Source: Actinomycetota bacterium
GTDB lineage: Bacteria; Actinomycetota; Actinomycetes; Propionibacteriales; Propionibacteriaceae
DNA: 33,316 nt
Assembly: GCA_046725775.1 (NCBI GenBank)
Contig: JBKOZG010000008.1
Span: 1 to 33,316, forward strand
Direction of reading: 5' to 3'
Shown here: positions 29,438 through 33,316 of the stretch, in pieces
Numbering within the stretch: position 1 is the first letter of the stretch
How the letters are laid out: each line of letters opens with the position of its first letter
Translations under genes and position numbers: made by a program
The notes under the pieces: model-generated
The model's input: the letters and a program-made list of their open reading frames with translations, nothing else
Databases searched by the model: none
What the model was told of the DNA's origin: nothing

Positions 29438-30790
29438 CTACAGGTGGTAGGCGTATTCCCGGAACTCCCAGTCAGTCACCCAGTGGTGGAAGCGTTCGAG
29501 CTCATTTCGCTTGTACGTCAGGAAGGTCTCGACGAACTGCTTGCCAAGGATTCCGGCCATCTCGGCGTCCGCCTCGAAGGCATCGAGCGCTGACGCAAGA
29601 TCGCCGGGAAGCTTGTCGGCCTTGCTCGGGTCGTATCCGTAACCCTCCAGCGGCGACGGAGGCTCCAGTTTGTCGCGGATGCCCAGGTGGGCCGCCGCCA
29701 GCAGTCCGGCGATGGCGAGATAGGGGTTGGCGCTGGCGTCCCCCAGCCGGAGCTCCATCCGGGATGCCCTGCCGCGCTCGGGTGGAATGCGCACCATCGC
29801 GCTCCGGTTGTCAAGCCCCCAGTCGATCAGCCACGGAGCGAGGGTGTCAGGACCGAAACGCTTGTAGGAGTTAATGGTGGGGTTGGAGACGGCCGCCAGC
29901 GCGGGCGCGTGTGCAAGCACACCAGCGATCGCCGACTTGGCCGTCTTCGACAGTCCGTCATTGGCTTTCGGGTCGTCGAACAACGGTTGACCGGCCTCAT
30001 CCCAGGTGGAGAAGTGAATATGGAATCCGGATCCACCTTCATCGTTGAACGGTTTGGCCATGAAGGTGGCCAGCTTGTCCTCCTGTCGCGCCAGCTCCTT
30101 GATGGCGCTTTTGAAGCGGAATGCACGGTCGGCGGCATCGAGAGCCTCGGAGTGCCACAGATTGATCTCGAACTGTCCGCTCGAGAACTCGTGGTTTGCC
30201 GCTACGACGTCCAGCCCGTACGCCGAGAGGTGGCGGAGGGTACGGAGCAACACATTCTCGGGATCGCCTTTCAAACCGGCCACGTAAACATTGCCGGTCG
30301 CCTCGCCATAGCGTTGCCAGCCGGTCGGGTTCCTATCGGTCCGCTCCAAGACGTAGAACTCGAGCTCGGGTCCGACCGTCGGCCGCATGCCAAGCTCGGC
30401 AAACTGCTGAACCACCCGCTTCAGCACCATGCGTGGGCTTTCCTCAGAGGGCGAGCCGTCCGGGTTGTAGACATCGGCAATCACGTGGGCGACACCAGAC
30501 TCCCAGGGCACCACCTGAATCGTGCTGAGGTCGGGAAAAGCGAGCACGTCTGGCAACCCGGCCGCGAGCCCGCCCTCAATGTCGACAACGTCCCCCATCG
30601 GTGTGGTCGCGTAGACCGACCGGCAGAAGGCAACGCCGTCTTCGACTGTACGGGCGAACCGGTTGACCAGGACATCCCGGCCGCGTTCGGTGCCGATCAG
30701 GTCGGAGTAACCGACCCGAACGACATCGATGTTTTGCGTCACTAGTTCGGCAGCTGCGTCCTCCAGACCGCTGGTATCGAAATGAGCCAC
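29438..30790 (-). CDS. Glutamine synthetase-like gamma-glutamyl-amine ligase (PuuA/GlnA3-like class)
   Basis: GPELEFY, HEFSSGQFEI, TFMAKP, GSGFHIH, NSYKRF, WGLDNRSAMVRIP, ELRLGDASANPYL; the Glu-flap position reads DTLAP instead of GS-type EAP. GTG 30790 after GGAGG. Confidence 0.9.
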   Translation of the reverse strand: MAHFDTSGLEDAAAELVTQNIDVVRVGYSDLIGTERGRDVLVNRFARTVEDGVAFCRSVYATTPMGDVVDIEGGLAAGLPDVLAFPDLSTIQVVPWESGVAHVIADVYNPDGSPSEESPRMVLKRVVQQFAELGMRPTVGPELEFYVLERTDRNPTGWQRYGEATGNVYVAGLKGDPENVLLRTLRHLSAYGLDVVAANHEFSSGQFEINLWHSEALDAADRAFRFKSAIKELARQEDKLATFMAKPFNDEGGSGFHIHFSTWDEAGQPLFDDPKANDGLSKTAKSAIAGVLAHAPALAAVSNPTINSYKRFGPDTLAPWLIDWGLDNRSAMVRIPPERGRASRMELRLGDASANPYLAIAGLLAAAHLGIRDKLEPPSPLEGYGYDPSKADKLPGDLASALDAFEADAEMAGILGKQFVETFLTYKRNELERFHHWVTDWEFREYAYHL

Positions 30791-30837
30791 CCGAACCTCC
30801 GCGCATTGTGTGAAGTTGGAGCCTGCTGCTGGCCTGT

Positions 30838-30853
30838 CGTTTGGGCCCGAACA
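30838..30853. promoter_or_regulatory. Palindromic operator copy 3 (GS-like/P450 operon)
   Basis: CGTTTGGGCCCGAACA; overlaps minus-strand -10-like TACTGT (30851-30856). Confidence 0.75.
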
Positions 30854-30930
30854 GTATCGCGTAGATGCTGCCATGACAAGTAGAGCCAGGTTACGAGGTG
30901 GGATTGCGGCACAGAGGCCCAGCCGAGTAC

Positions 30931-30946
30931 CGTACGGGTCCGAACG
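30931..30946. promoter_or_regulatory. Palindromic operator copy 4 (ADC-marR operon)
   Basis: CGTACGGGTCCGAACG; overlaps plus-strand -10-like TACCGT (30928-30933). Confidence 0.75.
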
Positions 30947-30979
30947 ATCTCAACGATTCCAGGACCGAAGGAGCAGCGC

Positions 30980-31777
30980 ATGACCGACGTGAGGGGTTTC
31001 TTCTATCCGCGGACTGCAAGCGGCCGCTCGTCGCTGATTCCGTCACCTCCGTGGTACTACTCGGGCGACCTGCTGACCGTCGAATACCGGACTGATCCCG
31101 ATCGAGTTGCCGAGCTGCTGCCACCCCCGCTGTCGTTGGCGGAGGAGGATCCGGGAGCGGTTGCCTTGATCTGGGCGGACTGGCAGTCGTGCTCGTCCTC
31201 GCGCGAAGAGCTGCTGGACCCGGTGCGCGCGCAATACAAAGAGGCCTTCGTCGTTGTCCGATGCAGCTTCCAGGCTGAGACATTTTCGCGCTGCGTCTAC
31301 ATCTGGGTCGACAAGGACTTCGCGATCGGCCGGGGCATTCACCAGGGCTACCCGAAGAAGCTTGGTTCCATGTGGCAGACCCGGCCGCATCCGTTCTCGC
31401 AAGGTGCGCCGCAGATCGGCCCCGGCGGAGTGTTTGGTGCCACGCTCGCGGCCGGCGATCGTCGCCTCGCCGAGGCGGTTGTGACTCTACGTGAGGAATC
31501 GGAGACGAATGGCTTCGTCAATGCGCACAAAATGGCGCACCACCGGATCGTGCCCGGCATCGCGTCTGGTGCTCCAGATGCATTCGCGGAGCTGATCGAG
31601 TCGGGCTCCAGCGGCTTCGAGGCTGGTCCGGCGTGGACGGGCGACGCGGAGCTGCGTCTGTTCGAATCACCCACCGAGGAGCTGTCAAATCTCACCGTTG
31701 ACGAGATCATCGGAGGTTACTACCGGCAGGTGGGTGTGGTGTGGAACGGGGGTCGGACATTAGCCACGCTCACCTAG
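30980..31777 (+). CDS. Acetoacetate decarboxylase-like superfamily protein (MppR-like)
   Basis: PSPPWYYSGD, EYRTDP, QYKEAF, YIWVDKDFAIGRG..QGYPKKLG (Schiff-base Lys); AAGGAG RBS. Confidence 0.88.
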   Translation: MTDVRGFFYPRTASGRSSLIPSPPWYYSGDLLTVEYRTDPDRVAELLPPPLSLAEEDPGAVALIWADWQSCSSSREELLDPVRAQYKEAFVVVRCSFQAETFSRCVYIWVDKDFAIGRGIHQGYPKKLGSMWQTRPHPFSQGAPQIGPGGVFGATLAAGDRRLAEAVVTLREESETNGFVNAHKMAHHRIVPGIASGAPDAFAELIESGSSGFEAGPAWTGDAELRLFESPTEELSNLTVDEIIGGYYRQVGVVWNGGRTLATLT

Positions 31778-31778
31778 C

Positions 31779-32321
31779 ATGTCCGTCATGCCTGATCGCC
31801 ATACCCTCGCCGAGACCGAGAAGGCGATGAGCACGCACGTAAGCGATCTGCCACTCGACCTCCCTGCCGCGGCAGCAGTGTCGAGTCTCTACCGAGCCGC
31901 GAACGCCGTCCGACTCCACTTGACGAACTCCGTGCTGCGCGAGCACGGACTCACCTGGACAGGCTTCGTGGTGATGTGGGTGGTGTGGATCTGGGACGGG
32001 CTGGAGACACGCCGTGCCGCCGAGAATGCAGCGATTTCAAAGGCCACGCTTACCGGCGTCGTCAAGACTCTCGAAGCGCGCGGACTGATGACCCGGCAGG
32101 TAAGCGCCACTGACCGGCGTTTGGTGAATCTCGAATTGACACCGGCAGGTCTGAGCCTGATGAAAGAGCTCTATCCGGTGTTCAACGCCGCGGAGGCCGA
32201 GGTGGTAGCAGGGCTGTCACCGAGAAGTCTGTCTCAGTTGACCAACAGTCTTCGATCGATCGTCGCCGAGCTGGAAACAAAGCCCACCGCCGCCGTGACC
32301 GACGATGCTGAGGCCAGCTGA
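31779..32321 (+). CDS. MarR family transcriptional regulator
   Basis: GLTWTGFVVMW...AISKATLTGVVKTLEARGLM.R...DRRLVNLELTPAG. Confidence 0.93.
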   Translation: MSVMPDRHTLAETEKAMSTHVSDLPLDLPAAAAVSSLYRAANAVRLHLTNSVLREHGLTWTGFVVMWVVWIWDGLETRRAAENAAISKATLTGVVKTLEARGLMTRQVSATDRRLVNLELTPAGLSLMKELYPVFNAAEAEVVAGLSPRSLSQLTNSLRSIVAELETKPTAAVTDDAEAS

Positions 32322-32325
32322 ACGT

Positions 32326-33102
32326 TCAAGCCTGAGCTGCCGCGCTCACCCGTTGACCGGCCCTGCGAACACGCTCCTCGGCGGCTGCGACGAAATGACG
32401 GAACACCTCGGCCTGCACCGGATCCGTGGCGGCCGAGTCCTCTGGGTGCCACTGAACGCCGAGATACCAGCCTGCATGATCTTGTAGCGTCACCGCCTCG
32501 ATGACACCGTCAGCCGAGTACGCCGCCGGAGTGAGACCGGCTCCGAGTGCGGCGATGCATTGGTGGTGGTAACAGGAGATGGCGGTTCGGCGTCCGACGA
32601 TCTCCCCCAATGGAGATGTTTCGTCAACGTCAAGATCGTGAACGCGGTTTCGGTGGTTGCCGACCGTGTCATCCATGTCTTGAACTAGATCACCACCGAG
32701 CGCGACATTGACGATCTGAGTGCCTCGGCAGATGGCCAACAGCGGCAGGTGATCCTCGAGTGCGACGCGCGCCACGGCAAGATCAAATGCATCTTGTTCC
32801 TCATCGACCCCGTACTGGTTTGGGTGAGGCTGCTGGCCCGACCACCGAGCCGCGACATCTCCTCCGCCAGGCAGCAGCACACCGTCAGCGAACCAGATCC
32901 GTTCTCGGGCGGCCTCGACATCGATCTCAAAATCTGGAGCGTACGGATGGACGACCACTGGCTCTCCCCCTGCTGCGAATACCGCTTGGACGAGGGCGCG
33001 AGCGGTCACTTCTGCCGCATAGCGAAGGGCCGTCGCTCCTGGAGAGAAGCGTGCTGGAATGACGATCAGTGGGGGGCGGGCGGCCAAAGTTTTCTCAGGC
33101 AT
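32326..33102 (-). CDS. Gamma-glutamyl-gamma-aminobutyrate hydrolase family (peptidase C26, PuuD-like)
   Basis: DGVLLPGGGDV, LAICRGTQIVNVALGG, CYHHQ, GVQWHPE; ATG 33102 overlaps the ALDH end. Confidence 0.9.
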   Translation of the reverse strand: MPEKTLAARPPLIVIPARFSPGATALRYAAEVTARALVQAVFAAGGEPVVVHPYAPDFEIDVEAARERIWFADGVLLPGGGDVAARWSGQQPHPNQYGVDEEQDAFDLAVARVALEDHLPLLAICRGTQIVNVALGGDLVQDMDDTVGNHRNRVHDLDVDETSPLGEIVGRRTAISCYHHQCIAALGAGLTPAAYSADGVIEAVTLQDHAGWYLGVQWHPEDSAATDPVQAEVFRHFVAAAEERVRRAGQRVSAAAQA

Positions 33103-33316
33103 ATCGAATCCAGGTCGTCTTGAGATAGGTGTATTCCTCGAGCGCATGCCGAGACTTGTCGCGACCGAAGCCCGACAACTTGACGCCGCCGAACGGAACA
33201 GCCATATCCCCTTCCTCGTAGCAGTTGACCCACACGACGCCCGCCCTCAGGGCGCGTGATACCCGATGCGCGGTGCTCAAATCAGAGGTCCAGAGGGCAG
33301 CCGCCAGACCGTATGG
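33095..33316 (-). CDS. Aldehyde dehydrogenase (PuuC-like), C-terminal part only
   Basis: PYGLAAALWTSDLSTAHRVSRALRAGVVWVNCY...PFGGVKLSGFGRDKS.HALEEYT.LKTTWI; 5' part lies outside the window. Confidence 0.92.
   Translation of the reverse strand, partial: PYGLAAALWTSDLSTAHRVSRALRAGVVWVNCYEEGDMAVPFGGVKLSGFGRDKSRHALEEYTYLKTTWIRYA

Noticed and set aside
21503-30745. Long antisense ORFs (e.g. 21503-22477, 28828-29874, 29687-30745)
   Set aside because: Shadow frames of well-supported genes in high-GC DNA, with no recognisable motifs.
29438-30790. Calling the GS-like gene glnA or puuA
   Set aside because: It lacks the GS-type Glu flap and the substrate is unknown, so a gene symbol would overstate the evidence.

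Overview
High-GC actinobacterial chromosomal DNA; an origin near Propionibacteriales/Microlunatus is my guess from gene style and many leaderless genes, not a database result. The window has five parts. (1) 1-5162: an orphan catabolic operon (M24 pita-bread hydrolase, TPP-dependent E1 alpha/beta, amidohydrolase) under a divergent XRE-cupin regulator. (2) 5280-9937: a small HTH gene divergent from a ClpC N-domain-only gene, which is translationally coupled to an aG/PT-PPlase1-like (DNA hypermodification transferase) gene, then a helical/coiled-coil protein and a P-loop kinase. (3) 10.4-13 kb: a secreted GH12 glucanase between IS110 and IS256 remnants. (4) 13-24.8 kb: small accessory genes (SnoaL, SMP-30, VOC, PadR, RibD-C, ABM, DUF1772, EamA, GT4, glycogen-debranching-like GH), including a sigma4-only ECF fragment coupled to an MFS transporter ending in a zinc anti-sigma (HxxxCxxC) domain. 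(5) 24.9 kb to the end: a gamma-glutamylation-type amine catabolism cluster (GS-like ligase, P450, PDR/VanB reductase, two class I glutamine-amidotransferase-type hydrolases, ADC-like enzyme, MarR, aldehyde dehydrogenase). Four copies of a 16-bp palindrome overlapping -10 boxes link this cluster, and it includes a Rieske-oxygenase homologue that has lost half of its Rieske ligands and most mononuclear-iron ligands. No rRNA, tRNA or CRISPR was seen. All family calls come from recognising motifs by eye; no searches were run.
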